A stretch of 39,898 nt of DNA. It comes from Amoeboaphelidium protococcarum X5. Taxonomy: Eukaryota > Fungi > Aphelidiomycota. The notes under the pieces were generated by a model that saw only the letters and a program-made list of their open reading frames with translations, did not search any database and was not told where the DNA came from. A program made the translations under genes and the position numbers. Positions 1-11,500 of this stretch are shown here, one piece after another. The stretch's first letter is position 1; each line of letters starts with the position of its first letter. Location: positions 1 to 39,898 of the forward strand of contig JALDTO010000314.1 of the NCBI GenBank assembly GCA_023515725.1. Reading direction: 5' to 3'.

Positions 1-179
1 ACACGCACAATAGTCTCACGTCCAGTCAGATCTGTGACGTGCACAAATGTATCGTTGAAAGACGCGAAAATGTGTGCAACACCGAATACTAATTCTCCTT
101 CACGAACCTGAGGTCCCAGCGATGTTGGCTCTTTAGCAGTTTATGCGGCTGCGGCGGCCTTTCCCTTTTTACTTGCCAT
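1..179 (-). CDS. RPS14: 40S ribosomal protein S14 (uS11), 5' part; runs off the window start
   Basis: ATG at 179 gives [59 protein letters not shown], the classic eukaryotic uS11 N-terminus; one in-frame TAA read as Gln. Confidence 0.97.
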
Positions 180-426
180 TTTATTTATTAATCTTTTGAA
201 CGTCCTCTGATAATAAAGGTGAGCTACTATTAATGGTACGGCACTAAATTACCTCGGAAAGATTTCGCCAATTTTGGATTCTTTAAATTTTCGGTTGATT
301 TCGGTTAACGCGCGCGTTTGTGAGTTAGTTTGGATGGATTGGGCTTGAAGTGCAAACGCGTCTATTAGGACAGTTGACCCCTTGTATCAACGCCAATAGT
401 TTTAAATTGAACATCTAACAACAGTT

Positions 427-795
427 ATGATTGCTTGCAGACTATTGATAACGTATCTGGTTTGTATGGTGGCTTTAACACTTGCCGGTAACTTTATAGT
501 TGATTCGAAATGCACACGGATGTGTCGTAGATGCTGCAGCAGAACGCGCATTGACCATCGTGCTTGCTATCCTGTCGATAGGTGCCCAGATGAACTGAAT
601 GAAATCCAGTCAAAGTTGATAGTTTAATAGAGTTCTGTGGATGTTAATGATATATCAAGCGATGAACAAGACTGCAGTGCTTATAATGGAGGTCTTTTGC
701 CGCGTAAGAGAGTCGGCTGCACTTTATCTTGCTACGTTAATGAATGCGGTTGTGGCTTAGATGACTATTGCAAACCAGCTAAATAATTTTTATGA
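427..795 (+). CDS. small secreted cysteine-rich protein (122 aa)
   Basis: With TAA/TAG=Gln the 66-aa ORF extends to TGA 793-795. Hydrophobic signal-like N-terminus, then two 6-Cys clusters (CTRMCRRCC...C...C and C...CTLSCYVNECGC...C). Confidence 0.75.
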
Positions 796-1243
796 GCACA
801 AATGCGATGGTCTAAAAGTCTTTAGTAATATATTTTAATAGAATAGATGTTATCTCAACTATCATCTCGTTTTAATTTTTTAATGTTGTACTTTGAGTCA
901 ATCTTATGGCGCTCGCTATCTTGACTTTTAGTTGGACAAGGCGCTTATCAGTACATACAAAGTAGATATACAGTACTTTAAAATACGCTCAAAATTCGTA
1001 GATTAATATTAGGAACGAATAATATTTTATAAAGATCTTCCGACTCTTCCAATGTCTGTTTTATGAAATCTTTCACTCTGTTTGATTGACAGTCACCAAT
1101 AGAGCAAGCATATTTGTGGTTACCATGGCAACGAATCTTTTGATACTCTGTTCTGCTTTGAAGTCATATTGCTCCTTTCGTTGATTATAATCACATTTGC
1201 CGTAATTCTTATTCATTAGTTACATTGCAGATTGTATCAAAAA

Positions 1244-3079
1244 ATGTACTAACATCAAGGCTTTATTCGCTGGATTGTCATCTGTTTGGTGATTGTATCA
1301 AACCTGGTCGGAGCGGTGTACTGGCAACACTCTTCTGAATTTTCATCATTGTACATTGCTCCTGTGGATGTTGCACGCGCTGGCCATGTCTGTGTCTCTA
1401 ATAATGCATCTTATGGCTCGATCATCTGCTTTGGTGGCTTCAAGATATTGTCTAATCAAACGCTTCTATTGCCTGTCAATTACACTACAACTACGACAAC
1501 AATTACTAGCACTACGACGACAACAACTCCTTCAGGTACTATGAATTTTACTACATCAATGGCCACCTCGCTATCGTAATCGCTGGTAGTAAGCTCATCT
1601 GTTAATTCAAATTCCACCGCTAGCACAACTACCTCCTTTAGCACATCAGTATTGGCTTAGACATCTACCATTAGTTCCATTGCTTCTTTTCAATAGCAGT
1701 ATATTAGTGTAAATGCGTCGTATACTACCATCTGTGAGAATAGTCTATTGTTTTTTAATGCACGTAATAAGAGCTGGTCGGTGGTGGAAGGTGATATTGT
1801 AAACTCTCCATCACGCAGATTCTTTCATGTGATGACTCTGCATTCAAGTGGTCGCTATGCATTACTTCATGGTGGAGTAAATTCATTGCCAAATAGTACA
1901 TTTGTGTAGTATAACAATAGCCGAGCTGTGTCATAAAATCTCACAGTTCTTAATGATTTGTGGCTTTTGGATATCCGTACCTTGTAATGGAAATAATTGT
2001 CGTCACCAGATCTACCTGCTTTGTATCTTCATAGCATGGTTCATGACTCATAGAAGGATCACTTTATCATTAATGGCGGTGTGAACATTAATGGCACAGT
2101 GATGGACACTATGTACAGAATCCGTATCAATATTACAGAGGACAACACATACACTTTAGTTGAATTTGTCCAATTGAGTAATGCTCCATTCTTCGCTGCC
2201 TCTCACTCCACTGTGTTCTATCACAATATAATCTCTAATCAGACATTCTTTATAACATTTGGTGGTGTCAGTACGTATCCTAGCTATGATGCCGGAGAAT
2301 CAACCACTACTCTGCGTATAATGTCTTGCAATTACAACGTGACTGATGTCACGTATAGTACATCATGCTCTTGGCTTGGATTACCAGGTGGACGTGGGAT
2401 AAGAAATAGATTTGGTCATTCGGCACTCATGAACCCAGTATCTGGTGAAATGTATGTAAGCGGTGGTGTCGTTGGCGTATAAGCAACTGCTAATGTATCC
2501 ATGCTGGCGATTCTGTCTGATAATCCGCAAAATTGGGAATGGAAAGATGTTCCGTCCAGGAAGATTGATCGCGGCAATCCAACTCTATATCATGCACTCG
2601 CATGGACATAGTATGATTAAGATAACGTGTATCAGGTGAGATTTGGTGGTATGGATTAGATTTATCCAATTGTGCAAGAGTCTCAATTTGTCAGCATGAA
2701 GAGCAGTGTGGAGTTTGCATATTTCTTCTATGGTCAGCCTCTGACTTTACCGCCGTATGTGCCACCTGTCATACTAATCGAGCCGCCTTTCACCTCCACG
2801 AACACTACACTGCCACCGCAGAATGGAACCACTAATGGCTCCTTGTCCAATTCAAACAATACCATTTATAATCCGGGCGCGAATTTCTCCACTGCTGAGT
2901 AGTAGTATAATGGTATTGTGGCCGGCTCACTGGTTGGCGGTGTATTTGTCGTAACGTTTTTAATTCTGTTCATATACGTTAGATGTGTTAATCCAAGGGC
3001 TGCGAAGGATTACTCCTTTCTAAAATTTTTGGCTGCAGACGAGCCTCTGATAATCCCCGATAATGATAAAGATTAGTGA
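1244..3079 (+). CDS. type I membrane protein with extracellular Kelch-like beta-propeller and Ser/Thr-rich insert (611 aa)
   Basis: ATG after caaaaa; signal peptide; Kelch-type repeats (RAGH..FGG, RFFH..HGG..NDLWLLD..W, LYLHS..NGG, RFGHS..SGG, LYHA..FGG); TM GIVAGSLVGGVFVVTFLILFIYV; single frame closed by TGA 3077-3079. Confidence 0.85.
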
Positions 3080-3157
3080 TGATAATGATGATAATGATTA
3101 ACCCTTAAATTGACTAGAATGATGTATTAATGAAAGATATTTGAGATATTATATTTT

Positions 3158-4483
3158 TCACATGTCTGGCAGCATCTTGGAGCCAATCACAAATTGTTGT
3201 GTGTAAGGACCTAGGTACTTTTTCAAATATTCGCATACAGAATTGACAGTAACCTCAGAGCCAGATTAGCCTTGTGCACGTAATCTAATAATGCAATTCT
3301 CAACAGGCTTGTAGATGGGATCCTGAGCAGATACCACGGGAACAGATGAAGTCTAGTTGTAATGATCCACCACATCCACAAATCCTTTCATGGTCAGCGA
3401 GACTTATCCTAGAGTTTTCTTGTCCTATTTAGTATATGGTTAGTTCTCAACAGGATTTAAATCACCGCTCTTATGATTGCTATTACTATTAGCGTTGTGA
3501 CGAAGTACAACTAAACCAATTTACTCAAGATGATTCCATACGTCAGTCCATGCAGCAAAACCAAGAGCTTTAAACGGTGCCCATTTGATACCATGGACAG
3601 CAGTTTAACACTTGACAAAAGCCACATTCTTCTTTTCACTTTCAAGCAATAATCGCTGCAGAATAGGATACACCAAATCCATGTTAATTTCACTCAGATT
3701 ACTTCTATTGACTTCTACATTGGATCCATTCTTCACCTTGGGTTCATTTTTTGGTTATGTCAGCTGGCCAACTTTAGTATCTGGTTATTAATTCACATGT
3801 TCAGAAGTGAGATGGCCATTTGATTTTACATCAGCCTTTACCTTTTTCTTCTTATTCTAGGATGAATCCCTAGATTATTTATTATGAGATGTACGCGTTG
3901 ACTTTGCCTGGCCATTGTGAGTATCCTCCAATGATATATCATTCAGCGCCGAGGAAATCTAGTCTTCAAACTGTAAAGGCTCAACATTATCCACATTCAA
4001 CAGTTCAGCAATACCATTCACATACGCGATCCCATCAATTTTCTTACAATACTTCATTGGACTGGCAGTCTACGTCTTGTTACCAGCATGAATCAAAGCA
4101 GCGTGGACATCATAATCATAGACTAGAATTTCAACTAATGGCGATAGTTCTTTAGCATCTCCGATCAGCATGAAGAATTCAACGCCTTCTCTGAGGTGTC
4201 GCAGAACATCAAAAGCCATCTACAGCGAGGCAGAGGAGAGTGAAAGAGTCCTGACATGAGCTCCACGGTTCTTCCATAACTATCGCTCCTCTGTTCCCAG
4301 ATTGACATCACGCTGCAGCAAGAGATCAAAGTGAATGATTTGGCGTTAAACTTTGGGACCAACTAAACTAACCAAGTTCTTGAGAAAATGCTTTAGCTAA
4401 ATAGGATCGTTAACAGACTACTGAATCACAGCATAATCTATAATAATCGAAGCACTTGGCAACTACTGCTATTTCACTTGCAT
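3158..4483 (-). CDS. hypothetical protein (441 aa), possible degenerate NYN domain plus LOTUS/OST-HTH-like modules
   Basis: Open from ATG 4483 to TGA 3158-3160 with TAR=Gln. IIIDY...LQMAFDVL...FFMLIGDAKELSPLVEILV..DVHAALIH resembles NYN; PFKALGFAAWTDVWNHLEQIGLVVL resembles LOTUS. ORF is solid, domain call is tentative. Confidence 0.7.
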
Positions 4484-4675
4484 AATAACTGTTTAATTTT
4501 CCTTGTGGGTGATAGATTACAGGAGGATTGTGTCTTTATGACGAAGAGAACGACGAAAGAGGGGACGACAGAACACGATAATTAACGGCAATCAAACAAG
4601 CGTTACTATCTTTTACTTCTGTTTTGAAGTTAAATAATTCAAGAAAGTGTAAACTTTATATCACTTAATAATATT

Positions 4676-5152
4676 ATGAACAAATAGTTATTCAAGTTGG
4701 GAAGAATTAATCACGTGGCGATTGCTACAAATAATTTGGAAAAGTCTGTCAATTTCTACAAGAATATACTTGGCGCCCAAGTGTCTGAAGCCAAGGACTT
4801 GCCAGAGCATGGAGTCACCACGGTGTTTGTGAACACGGACACGATTGAACATGGAAGTGGAGAAGATATAATGCATTCCAAGTCCACTAAAATAGAGCTT
4901 CTTAGGCCACTAGGGGACAATTCACCAATCCAAAATTTCCTCAACAAGCAGAAGGATGGAGGCATTCACCACATTTGCATAGAAGTGGACGACATTGACA
5001 AGGCGTGCGAGCGCGTTTCAGCGATGGGAATTAGAATTCTGGGAGAGAGTGAAGAGTCAAAGATTAAGATTGGAGCGGACAACAAGCGCGTTGCCTTCCT
5101 TCACCCGAAAGACTGCGGAAACGTTCTGGTGGAACTCGAGAGTATAAATTGA
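4676..5152 (+). CDS. MCEE: methylmalonyl-CoA epimerase (VOC fold)
   Basis: MNKQLFKLGRINHVAIA...FYKNILGAQVSE..LPEHGV..VFV...KIELLRPLG..SPI..FL...GGIHHICIEVDDI...FLHPKDCGNVLVELE; metal-ligand His/His/Glu present. Confidence 0.95.
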
Positions 5153-5244
5153 ATGCCACATTGTAATATCATTATATAAAACTTTTTTTTACATTTCTCG
5201 CAGGTTGTGATTTCTTTATGAACAAGTCACCACTAGTATTCTGT

Positions 5245-5862
5245 TCAATGCTAGTTTTCCCACTTTACAACTAGCACAGCACATTGTAAATTGTCAACCA
5301 GATACTGTGTCAGAGAGTGTGAGAATAGCCACTTTCTCATTGGTGACAGTTCTTGTTCGTCGTCTATCATATCAAGTTAATTATTAAAATCAAGGCCAGC
5401 TGTATTTCCCGAGTCCAATCCATAATTATCATCTGCATCAACATCCAGCGGTTGACCAATGGTGAATTAACGCGCTATTGAATCAACCGAATTGGATCGA
5501 TCTGGCCTGGAGCCGATCAGAAACAAGTCTGGCGAGTAATTCTCCACGAAGCCCTCCAACAAGTCCTCTGTTGATCTACTCTCTTCCATGATGATCACTT
5601 CATACTCTACTCCCAGGGGATTCGCTTACTAGTCCATGTACTTGAGCATTTAATTCGACTATCTTCTATCTGCATCTCTCATTTCAACATTCAAAGTCCG
5701 CTCCAGAGTATCAATAACAGGCATCTTGGTAGACTCTATCAGAGGTATACAATGAATGAAGTACAGCTTGAACTCTTTTAAATTTTTAACAAGTTTTATT
5801 GTATAATCAATGACATTTTTAGATTATTAAAGGTTAACTATAGCTGCAGCCACCACAAACAT
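5245..5862 (-). CDS. universal stress protein (Usp domain, 205 aa)
   Basis: MFVVAAAIVNLQQSKNVIDY...KLYFIHCIP...PDLFLIGSR...SLTQYLVDNLQCAVLVVK fits Usp strand/helix pattern; ATG 5862 to TGA 5245-5247. Confidence 0.75.
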
Positions 5863-6071
5863 GTTGAAATTATTGTGATGTTACCACTAAATGCGACGAG
5901 AGAACGAAAGCCATGAAGACAAATTTTCAACGTTTACGTCCACGCGCGAGAAAAGGTGAGAACTACTGTACTGCGGTAAGAACAAGAACAAGAACAATAG
6001 AGACACCAAGAATCTAATAAGATAATATCAAAAAAGACACGTGATAATAATAAACTATGAAAGCTTTTAAT

Positions 6072-7835
6072 TCAATTCTTAACCTTTTTCTACTCTTGCT
6101 TGGCGATTGCAATCTTGGCACGCTTCTGGGCTAGCTTATCTTCCGCGAGCTACTGATGGTGTCTGCTCTTCTCGATCTGCTCCAAGAACTTCCTCTTCTT
6201 GTTGGACATAAGCATCTTGGCCATTTCGCGTTCCTCCTTACTCATATTCTTCTTCAACTTGTTCTAAGCATCAGTAGAAGCAGATCCATCGGCAGCAGTG
6301 GCTTTGACAACAACCTTTTCAGTGGCCTTCTCCACTTCAGCCTCGGTGACAACCATATCATCTACTTTCGCCTCACTCTATACATAGTCATAGAATGGAC
6401 TCAAATGAGGTGGCAGAGACTTTCCAATAGCATACAAATCTTCACTCAGGATCTTGCCTTGGTTGATAGAGTCAAACACCCACTGAGGCTGAACATACTT
6501 GCGATTCGGTTCCATTCTGACATGTTCAAGAGGACGATCACAAATCTCATGAGTAATACCGGATGATCCTGCAGACTAGAAAGGAAGTATAACGTTGGCA
6601 CCATGGGCCAGTAGCATAAAGAGAACGGACTTTCTAGGCACTTCTCTGTTGATCTTGACGGTCAGGCCACTGAATATCTTATATCCGCTCTTTGCTTCAT
6701 CAGAAGATAGCGCGTTAGATTCCATAGTGTCAATTTCCTGCTGAGAGCTTTCATTAGACTGAACATTAGCATTAGACTGCTCCAGAGCGAGATCTCCTTC
6801 CACCGTATCTTTAATAATCTCACTAATCTTCTTTTCTACTTCTTTAACCTTCTAGACTTGAACCTTATCACTAGACTTCTTCCCCTCTTAATTATGTACT
6901 CTATGCATCTGATTAACATCAAACTCCCCATCTAGATCTTCAATTGTCCATCTGAGTTCACGCTGCTCCAGTGGATACGATGTATCGATGGAAGAGAACA
7001 ATCTAAAGTTCACAAAGCCAAGCATACATTCATAAAACTCCAGGAATGTCAACATGACGCGCATGTCCACATCCAATGCACCGGCACCAGCATTTACACC
7101 ACCCACAGTTGCCACTTGAGAATTGATAGAAGTCATCACGGGGGTGCACGTAAACTCATGAGGTACCAGCCACGTAATTGGAGTTCCATTAATAATCGCG
7201 CGGTAATAGTAGCCCTTGATAGAGCAAAACATACTCTGCAGAGAATTAGTCTTAATCACATAAGTCATAAACTCGTTGCACAGACGCTAGCAATTCTCAA
7301 TCTTTTGCGGAGTCAAGGTATCATGATCGTGTTTCTTGCCATAGTCCAGCGGAAGAGTGGCAAACATGAATACATGACAAAGACAATCATCGAGATCCAT
7401 CAGAGCCTCGGTGAACGTTGGATATCTCTCCTTAACCAGATGATGCAGCGTGTATACAGGCTCATTATTCTCCAAAATATTGGCTGCATGAAAATCGCGC
7501 TTAGCTATGGCCTTCTTAATCTTCTTCACAAACGCGTGTCGCTCTCTCAACTTGTGCAGTACCGGCTCATGGAGAAGATGCTAGATATCTTTCACGTAGT
7601 AGAACGTGTTATTAGTGTTACCAGAACGCGCTCTCGTGGCACCCTTCTTAGCCTTGGCCAGCGCAACACCAGCCTGTGCAGCCTTCTTCTTTGACTTGGG
7701 CTCTCTTGGATAGATTCCTTTCAGGATACACAGCTTACGGAAGTCTGACAACGAGATCTACAGCTTCCTCACAGCTCTAGTACGCGTGATGTAATTCGCT
7801 GCAGCACCCTTTATTCCCTTCTTCTATATCAACAT
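6072..7835 (-). CDS. PES1: Pescadillo/Nop7, 60S biogenesis factor with BRCT domain (587 aa)
   Basis: [33 protein letters not shown]; [16 protein letters not shown]; SIKGYYY..ITWLVPH; [12 protein letters not shown]; INREVPR; [10 protein letters not shown]. Confidence 0.97.
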
Positions 7836-8599
7836 TTTAAATATCGTTATATAGTGCGGACAACTGAATGAATAAAGATTTGACCAATTTTCACACAGAG
7901 ACTGAAGTAAGCGTACTGTGTGTCGTCGGAAGTGCTGAAAAGATTAAAAAGTAATTCCATCCAATCGCGCTCGCCCGTTTCAGGCGTAAACGATTTAAGA
8001 AAGTTTGGAAAGGTTATATATAATGGAGAAGAGGGAAGGAGGGAGTTGCAGCACACTGGGAAATATCCACTCAAATGGTGTGTTGAAGGGAACAATGATC
8101 ACAAAAGTTTAAACCATGAACAATCTCCGATGCACACAAAGCGAACTTTTATTCAAGCCTGACCTATATTTAAAAGGCCTACTTGAATGTACACAAAAGA
8201 TCCATAACTAAACTTCTACATTCGATGTTCAACACACACACATTTACATTAATGAAAGGCACGCAATGTCTTTCCGCACACAATACACATACAAGACATT
8301 ATAACTTTGTGATTGGCGTAGTGAATTTATTGGGCAGGGTTAGTAGCTCCGATGCCTGAGTGAATAGTGTCCCACTCTGGAGTGAACGAACGAATATACC
8401 GTACGAACGATCATCCAGAGCTGTGTGCAAGCAACCTTTTAAGCAAGAAAGAAAGGACGTTAAGGCGCGATCGTTCTAAATGAAATGTCCTTTTCGTTTC
8501 AGCAAAGTTTGAAGAATTTTGTTTCTTAGCTTTCTGTTCTTCTCCTTCTTTTTCATTAAGCATATCAGAAGTGGTCGATATCCTACATCTAATTGCATT

Positions 8600-11500
8600 A
8601 TGATTAATACAAAGTTTGCGTTGAGCAAGATTAAGGGAGAAGTTGATGGTCGGAGGAATAAGGAGTTGTACACTTTGATTTAGAGTAGTGTTGCAGAGTT
8701 GGAGAAAGTCTAATCTGATTCTAACAGCTCCTCTCATGGTAATAATAGTCATAAAGCTGAGAGTGATAAGTATTGGGGAGTATTGAAGAAAGCTATTCAT
8801 CCGTCCTAGTCTGTAAAGTAGAGGGAGTTGGCGTTGGATATGATATAGAAGCTCATAGCATCGAATAATCTTAGAGGAGATGCTTTTCTTGATTCTGTCC
8901 AATCTTAAAGCGGTGATGGCCAGGATCCCGATGATAAATCCTCTACCAAACAAGAACCGTCGTCGTCAAAGAGCAATGATGGTGCTGGTGATAAGAAGGA
9001 TGATGATGGTAGTGGAGGGAAGCGGATAATGTCCAGTTACCCGCCAATGTTAATAGACGATATCATTCACTGCATTGTGAGTGCGTCCCCCGTCCTTATT
9101 CCACCTCTGCTTGGCAACCCCGGTGGTCATGAAAAGCTTATTTAAGCAGAAACTGGAGTTCTATTGTAGATTATCAAATTGTTACTGACTGCTATCACAT
9201 AGAATAGTTCAATCAAATCTTTTGCTGGTGAAAGTCAAGGCAGCGATGGAAAACTGAGTAGTAATGGAGGAGGATGTGAGATTCACGAATTGTCACTGCT
9301 GAAAGTTGTGTAATGCTGCGCTAATATATGGCTTTATTGTGGTAATCCGAATGTTGAAGTTACTGCAAGAGCCGGTCTAATGTAGATATGTCATCACGTT
9401 TTCAGCATGTTGGAGAAGGTGTGCGTAAGGGATTCGAATGAAGTTTTGAATTAGCCACGTCATAGCGATACTGTTGATGGAGGCTCATCAGAGAGTGGGA
9501 GCTCTCAATAAATGAAAGGCGGCGTTCAGTTTGTTGTGGAGGAGCAGTCACGTCTTAATAATCCTTATGAGCCGGCTTCAATGCAGAACTACAAAGGCAT
9601 CATTCAACGGGATGCCTTTATCATTTTGCGATTTCTGTGCAGACTCTCCATGAAGGTTGACAAATAGAGCGGCGACAAGAATTAAGCAGTTTAAAATGCT
9701 TCATCATCAAACACTGTGGAACAGCTCTCTGCTGTTGCACTTAGAGCCAGATCTTTGGGATTGGAAATGTTGTTATCTGTTCTTACCAATTCTGGGCCAA
9801 TTCTATAGAGCGAAGATCCGTACATTTAAATGATTAGGACTCAAATTACATTGTCGATAAGCAAGAATAGTCTGCTTCAGTCGAACTAGTTCTCGATTTT
9901 TGATCTGAGTCTCTCTATATTCTTGATATTGGTAAAATTGTTTCGTGGTCCCTTGAAGCCTGAACTAGAGATTCTTTTTAATGAAATTTATCTATATCTT
10001 CTGGAACATCCTTCCACTACTTACCGTCTGAAGCATTCTATACTGGATGCATTGCATAAATTGTGCTCTAATCCAAAAATTTTGGCTGATATCTGGTTGA
10101 ATTATGATTGCGAAGTTGGCTTAGTTTGTGTTTTTGAGCGTCTAGTTTATATATTGACTAAATGTACCAACGGTAATGGCGTTCTAGTCAGCTAAACTGG
10201 TTAGCTCTTGTCTGCTAGTGATAAGAGTAGTAAAGATTTGTCAGTTGGCGTCTTTGGCTATACTAACAACAATGTGACGGATCCTACCATCTTGAATGAG
10301 CGCAAATTTAGAATTAAAGCTCTCAAGTGCTTGTAGGCTATCGTTTTCTCCTTAAGAGGATGGATCAGCGAGTGCATTACATCCTCTTTGGATTAGTAGT
10401 AGGACCAGAGTGTGTCTTCTCCGACGGATGGGAAATCGAAGCCGTCGTCTGGTCTATTGGAAATAATCACCAGTAATATGTAAGAATTCTTTATGAAGAA
10501 TGAGGTTCATAGCAATGAAACTTCACCGTAAGACGAAATATACAAAGGTCGATAGTCGTTAACTCAATCTTCAGTGATTGTTGGCAGTCGAAGCGATCCC
10601 ATGCAGGCAATGAACATGGTGGATAATCCGTCGTTTAGTAATGCAGTCGCAGCCAATTATGAAGACTCTGATAGAATTAATAAGATGAAGTCAGCCACTA
10701 AACAAGGTATTGTGTTATTTAATGAGAATGGACCCAAGGGATTGAAGTTTCTGTTAGAGGTGGGAGTCCTCAGTGATGTGAAGAGTGTCGCAGATTTTCT
10801 ATTTAAGACTCCACAATTGAACAAGAGAAGTATTGGCGACTGCATTGGTGAAGGGAAGGAGTTTAACATCAAAGCTATGCACGCGTTTGTCGACATGTTT
10901 GACTTTACTAATGTTGGCTTTGTTGATGCCATTCGGTAGTTTCTGTAAAAGTTTCGTCTGCCGGGAGAAGCGTAGAAGATTGACAGGATTATGGAGAAAT
11001 TTGCTGCCAGGTATTGTGAGAATAATCCGTAAATATTTGCCAAAGCTGAGACGGCGTATGTATTGGCATTCTCTATAATGATGCTCAATACAGATCAGCA
11101 CTCGAAAAGTGTAAAGCATCGGATGACTGTGGAGGATTTTATACGCAATAATCGAGGCATTAATGATGCTAGTGATCTGCCTGAAGATTTTATGCGCCAA
11201 ATTTTTGAGCAGATTTCTTCCAATGAAATTGTCCTTGAGGAGGAGAAGGTGTAGCGTGAGATTAAGAAGATGACAGCAATCGGATTTTTGTTCGGTGGCG
11301 GTAGTGGTGGCATGAATAGTAAAGAAAAGGTGTCTCCGGCTGGGGGTTAAGATAGAGCTGAATCCTCTCGGTAAGATTTTGCTTCCAATCGCTAAAAGTC
11401 TATTAATCTGCTTAAAAAGGGTTAGGAGCGCATTGTTCCAAAGTTCAAAAATGCCACTCACGTTGATTACGCCAAATCAATGTTCTTGGTTGCTTTTAAG

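Noticed and set aside
5975-6000. (AAGAAC)n short tandem repeat
   Set aside because: Only about three copies in intergenic DNA; an ordinary microsatellite
6156-7694. Plus-strand ORFs of 136 and 192 aa
   Set aside because: Antisense to PES1, which explains the region fully
8411-11461. Minus-strand ORFs of 180, 143 and 220 aa
   Set aside because: Antisense shadows of SEC7
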